The position numbers and the translations under genes were made by a program. The notes under the pieces are model-generated. The model was not told the DNA's origin. It did no database searches and saw only the letters and a program-made list of their open reading frames with translations. DNA of 64,000 nt, taken from the NCBI GenBank assembly GCA_964016885.1, contig OZ024741.1, positions 284,518,001 through 284,582,000 on the forward strand, read 5' to 3'. This DNA is from Eledone cirrhosa (Eukaryota). Below, in pieces: positions 29,110 through 44,082 of this stretch. How positions within the stretch are numbered: position 1 is the first letter of the stretch; each line of letters opens with the position of its first letter.

Positions 29110-29280
29110 ACAGAAATCCCTCCTGTTTCTGGCTCTCTACTTTCTAAGTTCATATCCTGCCAAGGTAAACTTTTCCATTCTTACTTCCGGATTCGATAAA
29201 ATAAAGTACCAGTGCAGTACTAGAATCATTACAGTCGATATTCTCCTCCTCTAAAATAGCTAAATTAGAAACGATTATTA
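29110..29280 (+). mobile_element. Diverged SINE family A relative
   Basis: aagttcatatcctgccaaggtaaac...tcgataaaataaagtaccag...aaattagaaacgattatt. Confidence 0.65.
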
Positions 29281-30918
29281 AAAGACTTGAACATTGTTAC
29301 GAGAGATCAATATAACTCGCCCACACAGCAAGAAATATGCACAATAATTGTGATATTATTTTAAAGAGATTTGGCTACTATTTCTAGTAGGTTGATTGAG
29401 AGGCTCTACAAAGTGATGTCAATGTGGTTAAAGTAATGCCAGGTGATTTGTGTTGATGATAATTGTGTTGATGTGTTCCTATGATAATCACTGTATTGAT
29501 TTGGTGTTATTTTCTTTAATAATTATAGTTTTTGTGGCAACAGTAATTTGCAGTCGTGGCTGTAAAACTGCATGGTAATGGTTGTAACGTGGTTGGGTTG
29601 GCAGTCGGATGGTTTATTTTGCTAGAGGTTATATATTTAGTATACTGATGCTGACTATAGTGCAGAAAATCCCAGTGACCCATTTTGGCAAATCAATACA
29701 AATCTGAGATTTTTAAAAAGTTATCGATAGCATTAATAAAAGCGTGACTCAGAATAAAAATATATATGTAAGAGTGGTGTACATATGTTTTTCAGAGTTG
29801 TTACTTCCTCTACATTCGCTTACTTACGTCGTGACTGAGAAGAAAAGCGTGTATGTAAGATCGTATATGTACTCATATACAATATGTTTGTATATAAGCA
29901 TACACTTAATCTCACTGTGGGTATTCTTATATAGTGATCATATTGCAGTTACTTCGGTATAAATACTAGAGTAAGAACGTCGTCAGGAGGCAGTTGTCGT
30001 ATTGCGTAGTTTCTAGACTAGTATTTCAGAGCCGTTACTGTTTATTAGCACTTACTTACTTAGGCCGTGACTTGGAATAAAGGCGCATATATTTTTCTAT
30101 AAGAAACATAAATCTATTCTATTTAAAGCAGTGATCATAACACAGTTAACTTGGTATCGGTGTAAAAGTGGAGTATACAATTATTTTGGATTCGTTAATG
30201 CTCATCACGTCAGTGTCGGTGTAATATGTATATATGTATTTGAATCTCATGAATAACGGAAATCCATTCTGTTCCATTTAGTCCTATTATTAGTAATTTT
30301 CCAACTCACCCAGATGTCAATAATCGACAAAAAGGTGGCTTCTGTGCATCAGGGCAAACATTACAATTCGCAGTTAAACCAAGAATATACAGGATATAAA
30401 TTTGTTTAACTTGGTTTAAAAATTAAATACGTTTAATATAATAAATTGAAAAGATTGTCAATATTAGTGTGAAACAAATCAACCATTCTGATTATTTGCT
30501 TAGGTATTGAAACATTAAACCATATTAGCCGCCTCGCAAGTACTGAATAGACCTTTAGCCAACAATCTAATTAAGTTCTTGTTTACTAGTTGGCTTGTTA
30601 TTTAATTTTATTCTAATTTTCTACCATTCTTTGGGGGAAATTGCTTCTTCATCTTTAAATTGGCAAACGGAAGAACAAATATTCGGCTTCTTCACCAAAC
30701 CTTAACAAAGTTATGTTTAAAGATTATACATATATACACACACATGCAGAACCCCCCTCTCCCCTCTCTCGCTCACACAGACACACATACACACACACAT
30801 ATATATATGCATATATGTATATATATAGATGCATATGTATATACGTATATATATATATATACATATATATGTAGAAGGTAAACAGAAATAACAACCCTAT
30901 CGGTACAGTATATGGAAG

Positions 30919-30969
<51 letters not shown>

Positions 30970-31095
30970 AGATATTTAATTTGTTGGAAATCCAACAAAT
31001 ATAGATGTTTACAACTGATTCAAAGCACTCGACAGATTTCTGGAGTAAGTATTCAATTGATATATAAATGGAAACTATATTTATAAAACCATATT

Positions 31096-31157
31096 TATTC
31101 TATTATATATATTTCAAGGGTACCAAAAACTTTGGTACGCTATCATCAGATAAAATA
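31096..31157 (-). ncRNA. Type I hammerhead ribozyme
   Basis: tattttat-CTGATGA-tagc-gtaccaaa..tttggtac-cctt-GAAA-TATATA-TA-atagaata; family also at 60471 and 63444. Confidence 0.8.
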
Positions 31158-31219
31158 CAAAATGTTTTATAAATATTTGACATGACCGAGGATGATGTAC
31201 CTTAACGGTTCCCTGGAAA

Positions 31220-31477
31220 GTACTTATCAAAGCTCACTACACTTCCTGTTTGCTGAAAATTATGTGTGTTGGATTCTTATAGAACTCCAGTACAAAATAC
31301 ACTATATATACATTCATATATATATCGCTATTTCAGAGCACCAATTCTAATTTTCAATTTCTGCTGAACCGGCGACCGCTCTGTATAATCAGTTCCTGAT
31401 TATTACTGGAACTCTATAAGAATCTAACACACATCATTTTCAGCAAACAGGGAGAGTAGTGAGCTTTGATAAGTACC
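31220..31477. repeat. Fold-back (about 73-bp arms) enclosing an inverted piece of the 310-bp unit family
   Basis: gtacttatcaaagctcactac...ccagta versus tactgg...gtagtgagctttgataagtac; 31310-31400 is similar to the reverse complement of 15420-15505. Confidence 0.8.
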
Positions 31478-31617
31478 AACAAGTACGAAACAGAGCTTTG
31501 TCAGCTTATTTCCCCTGTTTGCTGAAAATTTAAGTAAGTGACACTGTCACTACTTTAAAACAATAGCGTATGGTTTTCAAAATGCTTTTAATTAAGCATA
31601 CAGTGTATTGCAAAATA

Positions 31618-31670
<53 letters not shown>

Positions 31671-31867
31671 GGTACAAACTATGGCCACATGCATTTGGTC
31701 GCTTTATTTCTTGGTCTCACATTTTCTTATCTCTGGGCAAAGTTGTATTAAACTTTCGCACCGTTGAGTTCTTTGTGATTACCTCAAACAATTCGATATC
31801 TACTATATTGCCGCTAAAACTTGGATTCATACTTATTATTATAATATATATATATATATATATATAG

Positions 31868-32130
31868 GGTGGGTAAAATTCCCGAGATCCATGCACGAGT
31901 TTTCTTCAGCGGTTTCTGTCCTTCATCATCGCCGCTATGTCATGCGTCTCCCAGAGACCGGTGTCTGTCTTTAGGGCATCAGTATATCTTAACCTCAGTC
32001 TCCCTCTGCTAGTGTGTCCGTGTAGGGACTCCGACTGGAGCACTGAGTGCAGTGTCATCTCTGAATGCCGCTGAACATGTTCTCAGTGTTACTTTGGGAG
32101 GCTCCCGTACAGCTCTGATTTCTCCATCAT
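31868..32130 (-). mobile_element. RTE/RTEX-type LINE 3' fragment
   Basis: Reverse complement aligns to 22965-23180. Confidence 0.8.
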
Positions 32131-32149
32131 CAGTGTATCATAATATAAT

Positions 32150-32334
32150 TGTGTCTACTTTTGGCACAAGGCCAGCAATTACCCAGTACATTACTGGTAC
32201 TTTATTTTATCGACCCCGTAAGGATGAAAGGCTAAGCTAACCTCGGCGGGATTTGAACTGAGATCAAAAGGGGCGTAACTCTTTGCTGCAACGCATGGTG
32301 TCTGACGCTTTACCGATACTGCCAAACCACCCTC
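32150..32334 (-). mobile_element. SINE family A with 17-bp TSD
   Basis: gtgtatca(t/c)aatataat at 32133-32149 and 32335-32351. Confidence 0.85.
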
Positions 32335-32896
32335 GTGTATCACAATATAATAAAGGGAGGAATATATATTTTTTTATCCCATTAGTAAAGTAAGTTGGAT
32401 TACTTTGAATAAATAATGAATGAATATTACATAATTTATGTACTAAATTTCGTAGCTGTTGATTAAACATAAATATTCTTATATATAATAATTGCTTATT
32501 TTAAAGTCACTTCTTTTAATATTTTCAAATGTCAATACTTCCGATTATGATATAACGGACGTTATGTTATATCGCTTATATAAACGTTGATATATTTGCA
32601 TCGTTAATTTTCTCCTTTTTCGTTTTCATTACATTTCACCGTCTTTTTTAAATGTATTATGGATTACTTTACTAATTATAGAAGATAATGTAACACAGTC
32701 TCTCTTCAATTTCTGTGCATATTGTCAATTATGATTTTATTTGACGTATCATATCTTCATGCATATATATTTGCGTATAATATCAATATGCACAGCATAC
32801 ATGCCATCCGAAGGTTGGTTTTTCTGCTAGTACTGATTAATGTTCAGAGCTATCCACAGCATTTTCGTGTAGCACCCATCCACCATATGTCTATGT

Positions 32897-32953
<57 letters not shown>

Positions 32954-33499
32954 TGTGTCTATGTATGTGTGTGCGTGTGTGTGTGTATGTGTATGTGTGT
33001 GATGTATATATATATTCATACGCACTTATATATACCCGCACATACAGACATATATATAAATATATGTATACATACATATATATATATATATATATATGTA
33101 CATATTAACCCACTCGATATGCAAATTGGGCTACTCAGCCGTTAATATGCATAAGGTAAGTATATACGTTCAACAATCTGGCAGGAAGGTATACGTTGCT
33201 GACGATAGCTAATAAACTTGAAACTAGTACAGCGTTCCTTTGTCAGTGTTGAACAAACGAGCAACGATGGTTGCTAGACACTACGGCTTAATACGGGATG
33301 TTTGTTTACAAACACACCGAGCATTATAATAAATGTTCGGTGAATCCATACGGACATATATATATATGTGTGCATGTATGTATATATATACATACTACTG
33401 TACGTCTGTATATATATATGTATGTACGTGTACATACTTATATTTAAGTAACAGCCGTACTAAGAGTGGGAAATGAAATTTCGTTTCAGTTTTTCCGTT

Positions 33500-33626
<127 letters not shown>

Positions 33627-34383
33627 ACTGTCAGGAGAGACCATATCAGAACATTTGCCCACTTTTTTGTATTTGTGTTCTATGAATTTTAAATAAACAT
33701 ATTTAGAACGTTTTTAACAGTTTGCAGCATTTGTAAGTGGAAGACAGACGAAAAGACTACAGTCATTATAATATAGCTTTTATATATAAATTTCTGTGAT
33801 TCTGTCACAACACATAAAGAGAGAGGAGTAGTTTAACTACCTCATACTACTCGTTTCTCTTTACGTCTGCTGCCTGCGTGAATATATGTGTATAAAAGGA
33901 AGGCAGGGGATGGGGAAAACTATAACAAAATAGCGACTGGTGTTCCGTTTTTTATGCTGTGTATATGTTTGTGTTAATGTATGTGTGTGTTTGTGTGAAT
34001 GTATGTGTGTTTGTGTGAATGTATGTCTGAATGTGTATTATTGTAAGTGTGTCTGTGTTTGCACGTTTATATTTATATACTCATACATATAAATGTATGC
34101 ATACGTACATACATACGCGTCAGCGTGTTGAAAAAAATCCCAGTAACATAAAATATTTGTTTGGTGAAGAATATTAGAAATTTACTCAACTCTTTGGCAT
34201 TGCTTTATATTTGTTTCTCAAAATATTTTCACTATTAATTATGACTCTTTGCCAATAAATACTGTATCAGAATTATAGCAAAATAACTAATACAATAATT
34301 GACAGATAATCGGGTAGTTAAAACTTTACTTGCGGAATAAATATATATTTCTACAAAAGATTAAAATCATTATTAATAATATA

Positions 34384-34790
34384 TCTATATATTACTAAAA
34401 GTCTGTGATTGCTTGCTTGCTTGCTTGTCTGTAGTGTAATAAATACAGCCAAAAGGGCGCATAATGGGGATTTACTTTGAAAGGAAGTTGCCCCTGAAAT
34501 GGGAATACAAATGGAATAAAACAAGTTTCGCGCAAATCGGATCATGGGGTGTTTCCCGGTACCTGCATAAACAAATAGAGATAAAGATAGAGAGGAAGAG
34601 ATAGTGGTTGTGACAGAGTAGATTGAAAGAGAGACATAGAGAGAGGGAGAGGAGACAGAGAAGGAGAATGGAAGAGAGCTGGCGGTGTTGTTGTGTATGT
34701 AGATATGTGACTGTGTGTGTATATATATGTGTGTGTCTATGGCCAGTGTATATAGATCACAGACACCCATATATATATATATACACACAC

Positions 34791-34863
<73 letters not shown>

Positions 34864-35007
34864 CACACATTTATATATATACATACACACACGTATATAT
34901 ATGGGCCTTGCAGTTTCATTTTACATTATATACATGTCTGTGTATATTTTAATTATTTAAAAAATATTTTGAAGTGAACATGACCCAACGGGTCACGGGT
35001 GGTCTAG
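34384..35007 (+). mobile_element. Non-autonomous Helitron-like element
   Basis: Starts A|TCtatatattactaaaag; 3' hairpin tgaccc-aac-gggtca followed by CTAG. Confidence 0.5.
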
Positions 35008-36483
35008 CGATGAATTAAAATTTATAAATATATTGTATAAACAAAATACTTTTGTAGTCTCAGTTCATAAATGAAAGACCATTCATGATACATGTGATTA
35101 TTGTCACGCGTTCGTCAAACACGACAGAGGTGGTTTAACGAGACCGAAACACGTCCAAAGTTATTCTTCTTCTTGTAGAAATCAAGCTATCTACATTGAT
35201 TACAAAAGAATATATGTACTTTTCGTGAATAACCTATAAAGATGGTTTTAACAAGAACTGAAACACAGATCAAGCTTTTCAGCGTTTTCGGAAAAACGCG
35301 TAGATAAAACATGCTTATATGTTTACAAATTTACAAATATATTTCTCGCAGCTTCGGTTAAATTCTGTACTCTTTTCTTATATATATCAATTTATAATAT
35401 GCTTCAGATGCTTAGAACACAATTTAAAATCTGAACGGTGATTAAGTAAGTGTGCGTGGGAGCAAGCCCGCAAGAGTTTGCATGATTTTGGGTCTGCGTG
35501 TGCGTGTTTTTCGGCTACGAGTGTGCTTGTATGTGTGTGTGTGCGAGTGGTTTAGTGCGCAGGTATGTGCTAATTTTTCGTGAGTCTGTGTTTGCGCACA
35601 CAGCCATAAGCAAAATGCTTACACAGCTACATTACTATTTAGACAAACACATAAGTATGCTATCACAAACCTCCCGACACACAACACCCCCTTTCCTCTT
35701 AGCTCTCTCTTTTGTTGTACTAACACAGATATATACCAACAACTACGCTCTGAGAATGCAAACCACCATTCCAATTTACCAAGATTAATACCAGAATTGT
35801 GCATGCATGGGAAAATACACACGCGTACACCACATATGCAAGGATAGGGGATGATACACCCATACAACATAGCCTCAAAACCTGAACCGCACACAGTAGA
35901 AGTGGTAAATTTAGCTCCCACAACAACAACAACGCTAAAAATACAAGAACAGACAAGGAAAGAAAGTAAGTGGGGAGACAGAAAAGGAGTAGAGAGACAA
36001 CAGGAAAGAATAATACAAACTACCCTCAACTTGCCTCGACACCAGATTCTCCTGCCCCCATTTTCGACACTGTAGCAGTTTCGTTCCCTCCAAAATTTTA
36101 GCCACTCCAGCCATCGACCATCACATACCAACCACACAGGTACACACAGACGCAGACTTGCACATGCACACACAATTAAGAGGAGGGTAAATAATACATA
36201 AATAAAAGCGCCAGGAACGTGCCTGCACACATGGATACAGACACTAGGACAAATCCTTCGCGATTGCATGACGATCGCTCAAAGCTCCCCCCAACTACAC
36301 CATTCTCTATCCATACCCCACACAACCAAGTCCCTGATGAAACAGCTAGCGCTTGGGCATTGCTGAAAATAAAAAAATTAATTCAGCTATCTACTCGCCG
36401 TTGAAATGCCTTCATTTTACCGTACATTTCGCATTGACTTAGCCTTATACATACATATCATTTTCTACATTATATATATATAC

Positions 36484-36591
<108 letters not shown>

Positions 36592-36758
36592 GTATATACG
36601 TATATATTCTGATGAAATGACAGTAAATAATAACATTGAAATATTGAATGTCTGCATAACTAAAACTTTGTAGATAGCAGCTGTTTTCAGGTTATGTAAC
36701 TGTTATAGAAACACGTGTCAATAAATTCCTTTCAACTAAACTGTATCCATTCAAATCT

Positions 36759-36793
<35 letters not shown>

Positions 36794-37373
36794 TTATGGC
36801 AATGATGGGCTTACAAGCAGTTTCTGCCAAGCAACTTCTAATGATATGCTATTGGAAACTAGGAGCTCGGAGAATATTGCTCACGATCAAATCCGAATTG
36901 AAATAAATAGCAGAATATAATCAAATTAAGTTAATATATTAACTCCATATTAACTAGGTTGACGAAGACAGTGTTTGAAAATAAAACTATCCACATACAA
37001 ACACACATTGTTTGATATTTACATATTTTACATTATTTTATCTTGGTGTTTCATTTCTTGTAACAAAAGATCAACATACTCATGAAATCAACATGCAAAT
37101 AGCTGGGCACGTGCACTCATGAAATACTTCTCAGGGAGATTCAGTATAACAATGTCGATCCTTTCAAATGCAGGTACAACTCCATTTTTCAGCTGAGTGG
37201 ATTTGATCAATGTGAAATAAGTTATTTTGCTCACGGGCATAACGGGCCAACGGAAGCCGAAGAACCTAACCACTAGACCACGTTCCTTCCTTATTTATTT
37301 TACCCTAATATTCTGTTTAACAATGGTGTCATGCATGTTTAGTTTGACATCCTTACTTTACTTTCCTTTACTC

Positions 37374-37990
37374 CAGGGGTTCCCAACCTTTTTGCATCAT
37401 CGTCCACTTTCACATAGAAATCCCCCATCCTGTATAGTAAATATTCAAAAATATACAAAAAATGTTTAGTAAAAATTTATTTTTTGTTTGTAAACTGACT
37501 TTTTTATGATATATGACTTATATGCCAAAGAGTGGTAAAAAATAATGCCGACTTATATGGCGGCTGCTGTTGATATTAAAGAAAAAATGAAAGCAAACTT
37601 CGACCATTTGAAACTAGTTTGTTAGATTTAATTATAAAGGATATAATGTAGTTCTGTGGTCAAGATTAATTTTATAGTTAGAGTTAGCGAATATGTTGCT
37701 AGGGAAAAATATCACATTTTGAAGCAATCAATGATAGTGGAGTGTTTTGAAAAAAAAACTACATTTGTCTTTTGACAACCATCGTATTTCAGTATAGTAA
37801 AAGAGCCTCACATAGTCATCATCATTATCAAGGCATAGTTGATGGAAATTTCATTCAGACAAAGAATTCGAGTTTAGCTTGTTCACAGTTTTAATAACAA
37901 GCTGCAGTACATCACTAAGCCTACCGTCGATATTTTTTGCCACAAAATGCTGCTGGTGAGCCATACAGTGAATTGTTAAAATAGAAGGAT
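37374..37990 (-). mobile_element. hAT (Charlie/Buster-type) transposon remnant
   Basis: TIR caggggttcccaacctttt; PSILTIHCMAHQQHFVAKNI..LQLVIKTVNKL..FHQLCLDNDDDYVRLFYYTEIRWLSK. Confidence 0.9.
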
Positions 37991-38974
37991 TTTATGAGGA
38001 TTTGTGAAAAATTCGAATTTGTGACTCCGTGGGATCAAATCCGGAACCAACACACGAATATGAAGTAATCTTCTTAAGCACACATCTATGCGTGTATCCA
38101 TTTATCAGAATTTCCTCAATTTGATGCGAGAGGTTTATAATCTACAGTGAAAAAATTCTTGAACTATTTGATGAAATCAGCGTCTGACTCTACCTTCGTC
38201 GCTGAACAATCTGAGGATCGTAAACCGACAAAATGTGGCGAGCAATCTTAACCGCACAACCATGCATGCATGCTTCATCAAAAGTTTTCCATTCCAAGGC
38301 GCTAAGTCTATAATTTGGGATTTGACCCTGAACCAAGTTTATACTAAGCTATGTTCTTAACCACAACACCATGCAAGCTTCTATTTATCAAGTTGTTTAT
38401 CAATATTCCAGTCAGATAGACTCTGCTGGACAAATTGTTTTTTTATTTCTTCGCCGCACATGTGTCTGATAAAAGTAATAATTCTGAGTATAGAATGGAT
38501 ATTTTCGTTGTAGCAGTTAACAGAGCATCTTGATAGGGTATTAATTCTGAAACAACATTTCTAATCAATTTTCTCCCCCTCCCCTCTCTTCTGCTACACC
38601 AGAGCTCTTGTCATCCCCACTTCCCGTTCTTTTTTCTTTCTTTTCTCTATATTTCCCTATTGTTTCTTTCCTTTTGTTTCTTCCCTTTTCTTTATTATTG
38701 CCGTCATTATAGTTATCATTATTATTATTGTTACTGTAAATAATATCATGCGCATACAGTTTTTATAATTTTTAATTAAAATCGATTTATGAACTTATTT
38801 AATGTCCTCTCCTCTTATAAAGTCACCAATAATTACTGTTTCTTGTATAATTTTAGAACTCAAAGGCCAACGTTTCGAGTTGTTTGTTTTTTTAAAATTA
38901 ATATACGAATAATGAAATCGTAATTAAATTAAAAAGTCATTAACTAATGAATAAAATCTTAATCAACCCCACCT

Positions 38975-39044
<70 letters not shown>
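38975..39044. repeat. (CTA)n microsatellite at the LINE 3' end
   Basis: Pure cta run. Confidence 0.95.
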
Positions 39045-39046
<2 letters not shown>

Positions 39047-40520
39047 AATTAGTTGGGTCCTTCCATTCCACGCGAAAAATTGGGCAGCAACAAAAGATCT
39101 CCATCCTCTGCGGTCTTCTGCAAGATATTTGACAACCTCCCAGCTCAGTTCTTCCATATCTAGATCCTTCATGGCTATCCTCTTCCACGTTGTTAATGGG
39201 CGTCGACGTTTCCTTCTTTTCACTTTCTGGTTTCCAGTCAAGGGAGAGACTTGTGTGTCTTGTTGATGACATTCTAAAGACATGTCCAAGAAATCTTAGA
39301 TTATGATCTTTCACTGTGATACTTAGTGGTTTCTTCTTGGTTCCTCCATAGACGTCTTTATTGGTTATTGTGTCTTGCCAACAGATGTTAGCTTGTGGAC
39401 AAGTCCTGCTGTCATCTTCCACGTTTCAGTGGCATAGGTGGCAACCTTCGTCTTTTCTGAGTTGATTCTTAGCCCAACTTTACTCACCAGGTTGTCGGTC
39501 AACATCTGCAGTGACTGTTCTGATTCGCCGAGAAGAGCAATGCTATCTGCAAAATCCAGGTCAGTCAAACGAGAAATATTCCACCTGATTCCAAGATGTG
39601 GATCGTTTGTGGCCTTTCGCATCACAAAATCAGATGTGAGTAGGAACAGTAGAGGAGATAATATGCAACCTTGGCGCGCCCATGAAACTATGTCGAAGAA
39701 TTCTGTATAGTCACTACTAGTTCTGATGCAGCAGTATGAATTCCTGTATAGGCTTTTGAAGAAGTGGATAAGCTTTTGAGGAACTCTATAGACCTCGCCT
39801 ATTCTCCAGAAGTTTCTCTGTGTAAACTGTCAAAGGCCTTCTTGAAATCGATGAAGATGATGTAAAGTCTTTTGTTGAACTCAGTACTCTGTCCAATGAT
39901 GTTACTAAGGATTAGAATCTGGTCAATATATGATCTTCCCTTCCTAAAACCAGCCTGCTCCTCACGAGATTTTGTGTCTAGGGTGTCACATAATCTATTC
40001 AGTAGGACTTAACAGAACACCGTGCCAGGGATTAATAATAGCGTGATCCCTCTCAAGTTTTTACAGTTGCTAACATCCCCCTTCTTTGGTACCCTGACAG
40101 TCACTCCTTTGCTCCAATCTTCTGGCATATATTCTGATCCCCAAACCATGTTGAAGAGGTAGGTAAGCTGTTGCGCGAAGTCGCGATTTCCCTACTTTAG
40201 TAATTCTGGTGAAATATGATCTTGGGTGATTTTCTTGGGTGCTTTTATGGCTCGAAGAACCTCTGTCACCGTTATCCCTCCAGTCTCTATATCTAGAGGA
40301 TCCGAAGTATCTTGAGTCTGTGTGTCAAAGAGTGATGGCGGGTCTGGTTGTTTTAGTACCCCTTTGAAGTGTACCTCAAGTGTACCCCATCTTGCATTCT
40401 AATCTTTTTCTGACATAAGCCCCTTCTTCCCACTTTAATCTTTTATTGGCACTTGGCTGGAGGTGCTAGAACCACACACTTCTTTTTACAAGCCTGTAGA
40501 TAGTTTTTGCATCATTTTTG
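39045..40520 (-). mobile_element. RTE-clade LINE, 5'-truncated and degenerate
   Basis: KGVTVRVPKKGD..NLRGITL, REEQAGFRKGRS..DQI, IFIDFKKAFDS, QGCILSPLLF, LTDLDFADSIALL, GLRINSEKTKV, RFLGHVFRM, EDRRGWR; (CTA)n on both sides. Confidence 0.92.
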
Positions 40521-40529
40521 CTGCTGCTG

Positions 40530-40605
<76 letters not shown>

Positions 40606-41409
40606 CTTTAGTGAGATTTATTATTGATATAAAATAACATATTGCCGACGTTTATATATTATTGTTATTGTTGTTTTTACGTTGATGTTTAAACATTCTT
40701 CTCCGCACGAAACTGGTTATGTGATCTGAAGCAACCCTGCTTTCATCATACGGGCGTCCAATCTAAATGGGATGATACTATCCAGGGCTACAAAATCTCC
40801 GACAGCCTTGTACACTTGCTTTGACCAACATTGACTGGCATCATTCAGCTTCGCCTCCTGCTTTCATTGTAGTGTATCGCTAATACATACTTGGATAACG
40901 CCTGTTTCAGAATCGGCGTTTCAAATTGGCGACACAAATGCTGATATGTCTGCAGTAGATGTTTATTGATTTAACGTCTCTGCCCCAACCACATTCGCCG
41001 ATATGTCGCTCCCAGTTGTTTGGTTGCAGTCAATTTTGCATCACAATTGAAGCCGGTGAGGCAGAAAAGACCGGTTAGCATCATCATTTTCTGCTGTAAA
41101 GCGATAAATCTATAATTTGGGATATGTCCTGTAATGATACATTGTCCAGCTCAAACTAGTAAAACCGGGTTCAGAATAAGGCTTTGTTGCCTAACTGGTT
41201 GAGGATCGGAAAATTACAAAATACCGGCTGCTCTTCCATAGATCTGTTTTCAAATCTATAGAGAAAGTAACGGCCAAAATTTAGCGTCCCCGAAATAACT
41301 CCCAACTCAGTTAGATCGGGATAGGAATGGCTACCATAAGAAAAAGTGATATGAAATGGGTTATTTTAGTATATCTCACTCGAGTCATTTGCATGATCGG
41401 TCTGAGATA

Positions 41410-41820
41410 ATTATTTCTAATCTAGGCACAAAGTCTTCAATTGGAGAGGATGAAAAAATCGACTTTATCGTACCTAGTATTTGATGGTACTTTATTTTAT
41501 CGGCCCAGTAAGGATGGAGGGTAAATTAAACACCCGAACTAAGAACTTAAGGAGCAGAAACAAATATTAGTAGTTTTTATCCTACTCTCTAACGTTACAA
41601 ATATATAACCCTCGCTTTTGTTTAATGATTTTTAATTTAGCCACAAGGCTAGCAATTTCTGGGGATAGGAAATTCAATTATATCAACCTAGTACTTTACT
41701 GGCACTGATTTTATCAACCGAGAAGGACGAAAGCAAAGGTAACCTCGATAGGTTTTGAACTCAGAACGGAAATGCCGCCAAGCATTTTGTGGGTCGCTCT
41801 AACGATTCTACTTATCCTCC
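41410..41820 (-). mobile_element. Two diverged SINE family A relatives
   Basis: ggcacaaa..ggtactttattttatcg..aaggatg; second copy gccacaaggctagcaatt..ttttgaactcagaac. Confidence 0.7.
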
Positions 41821-42927
41821 GCTCTTCGCTGCTGTGTTACAATAAAACCAGTTTTCAATCATATATATTTCCTTTTACTTCACATATTTCCTTTTACTTC
41901 ATATAAGTGTCAGTAAAACACTGAAGATGATATAACTACCTATGTATTGTCTCGTTCAATAATTGACTTTTCTTTGTCAAAAAAAAAAAAAGAAAACTCT
42001 TTTCATTTTAATCTAGAAAGAAATATGCTTGTGAATATCAAAATCTAAACATCTAAACATTCCTTGTAATCACTTGAGCAATTTATTGATAGCATTGATT
42101 TTTGAAAAGTCAGTCAAATATGAAATACAGATATTTCGTGTTGGATTAGTTTCCTTAGTTTATGTGAAGCAAAACCAAACGTTTGTTTCAACAGATTAAA
42201 GGGGAAACAAATAATAAAAATTGAGATTTTGTAATTTTACATAATAATATGTAACATGTAACATCGTATTGTGTGTCGTGGCTCTTGCATATTAGTCGTT
42301 TTATAGTTTATGGTAACTCAGCTGTGAAAGATAACAGCCTTTATTGAAGGAAATATCTTTTTTTATTACGTCAGATTTTTGAACAGCCTACATATTATGG
42401 CTAAATTCGAACATACAAAACGACAGTGTTACGGTAGATGCAGCTATATATTCCAACCCCTAGTTGTAAATTATACTTGACACTGAGTTGGCCAATAAAC
42501 GAATATGAAAATAATATTTAGTCTTGTGTAGTATTCAGTCCACGATTAACCACCTAGCAAAACAAGTACAGGTTTACATTTTCAAGTAAAGTGAGATCTT
42601 GTAGTGATTTTTAGGGAGGGGTCTCCAAGCTTTATACATCTTCGTTTGTCACCAATTTTAATCTGCCACTGTGAATATTACTTAAAGTCATTCAGATCAT
42701 CTAACCTTAAATTTAAGTTTTAACCCAAACAATTATGGTATATAACTAGCCTCATTACATTATACATATTTGAAGTTTATTTTCTGTTAAGTAAACTCAT
42801 ATCAACCTTCAGCCATTTGGCATGGTGAAAGATGTTAAGTGTTTCTAACATGTTTGCTACATACGTTTAAAATGAATGGTTTGCTTTATCCGTGTCTGCC
42901 TCATCGGGGCTAATTAGACACTAAAAC

Positions 42928-42977
<50 letters not shown>

Positions 42978-43002
42978 GCTGCTCCTGCTGCTCCTGCTGC
43001 TG

Positions 43003-43076
<74 letters not shown>

Positions 43077-43098
43077 GTTGCTCCTGCTGCTCCTGCTG

Positions 43099-43194
<96 letters not shown>
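42928..43194. repeat. (CTA)n tract with two ctgctcctg interruptions
   Basis: Direct reading; source of the spurious poly-Ser ORF. Confidence 0.95.
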
Positions 43195-43647
43195 AGCCAA
43201 AGATGATTTTCTGTTCTGTCTAATTTCTCTCGAACAATGTTTTCCTGCACAATTCTTAAATCTATATTCATGATTGAAGCACCAAATGTATCATTGTTTT
43301 TCTTTTTTATTTATTTTCTTTCGCTCCTTGAACGCTTGTTTATGTAATAACATAATCGGACTAAGTGACACACCCAGTTAATCCATGTTTTCCTTATGAA
43401 ATCATGAGCAATTTTTATACCATGTAGAAATAAATGGTTTTAACTGAGTAAAAATTCCAGTTATTGCTTCTGAATTGTATATTTATACTCTATGATTTTC
43501 TTTGTATTTAACTAGCAGTCTCACTTTCCATGGATTACACAATAAATTTTGATTCCTGCATAATTTGACCGGACTAATATTTTGAGCTTCAATGCACCTT
43601 GTTCAATTACTCTCTCTCCTATAAATATATATATATATATATACGTA

Positions 43648-43803
43648 GGTCCCGGGTTGAGTCGGGGATAACCACAGTAAGTAAGGTACTCAATACATGG
43701 CAGAGTAACATTTTTTTATTTTATAGAAGGAGCTTCTACAGGACTAGTACTGTTTCATTCATTGAATGAAACAGTACTAGTCCTGTAGAAGCTCCTTCTA
43801 TAA
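43648..43803 (-). mobile_element. PLE-type terminal fragment ending in a perfect 41-bp-arm fold-back (43721-43803)
   Basis: Same family as 44083-44215 and 56433-56578; pivot at 43762. Confidence 0.85.
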
Positions 43804-43822
43804 TATATATATATATATATAT

Positions 43823-44040
43823 GTGAAGGCGTGTGGCTGAGTGGTTAGAGAATCGGATTCGCAATCGTAAGGTTGTGAGTTCGATTCCTGGACCAGGCGA
43901 TGCGTTATGTCCTTGAGCAAAACACTTTATTTCACGTTGTTCCTTCTACCTGGAGTTGCGACCGATAGATAGTATTAGCAATTGGAAAGACCAACGGAAA
44001 CATTGTTCCCTCGGTCCGATTTGACGGAAGTCGATCGTTC
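43823..44040 (+). mobile_element. tRNA-derived SINE family B
   Basis: A box tggctgagtgg, B box gttcgattcc; near-identical to 58382-58600; partial minus-strand copy at 49436-49580. Confidence 0.9.
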
Positions 44041-44041
44041 C

Positions 44042-44082
<41 letters not shown>

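Noticed and set aside
35560-36420. 216-aa minus-strand ORF and a CTGATGA at about 36334
   Set aside because: Low-complexity GT-rich translation; no convincing stems I or III for a ribozyme.
42921-43271. 116-aa poly-serine ORF
   Set aside because: Produced by the (CTA)n tract; only its short N-terminal part is considered under the cadherin hypothesis.
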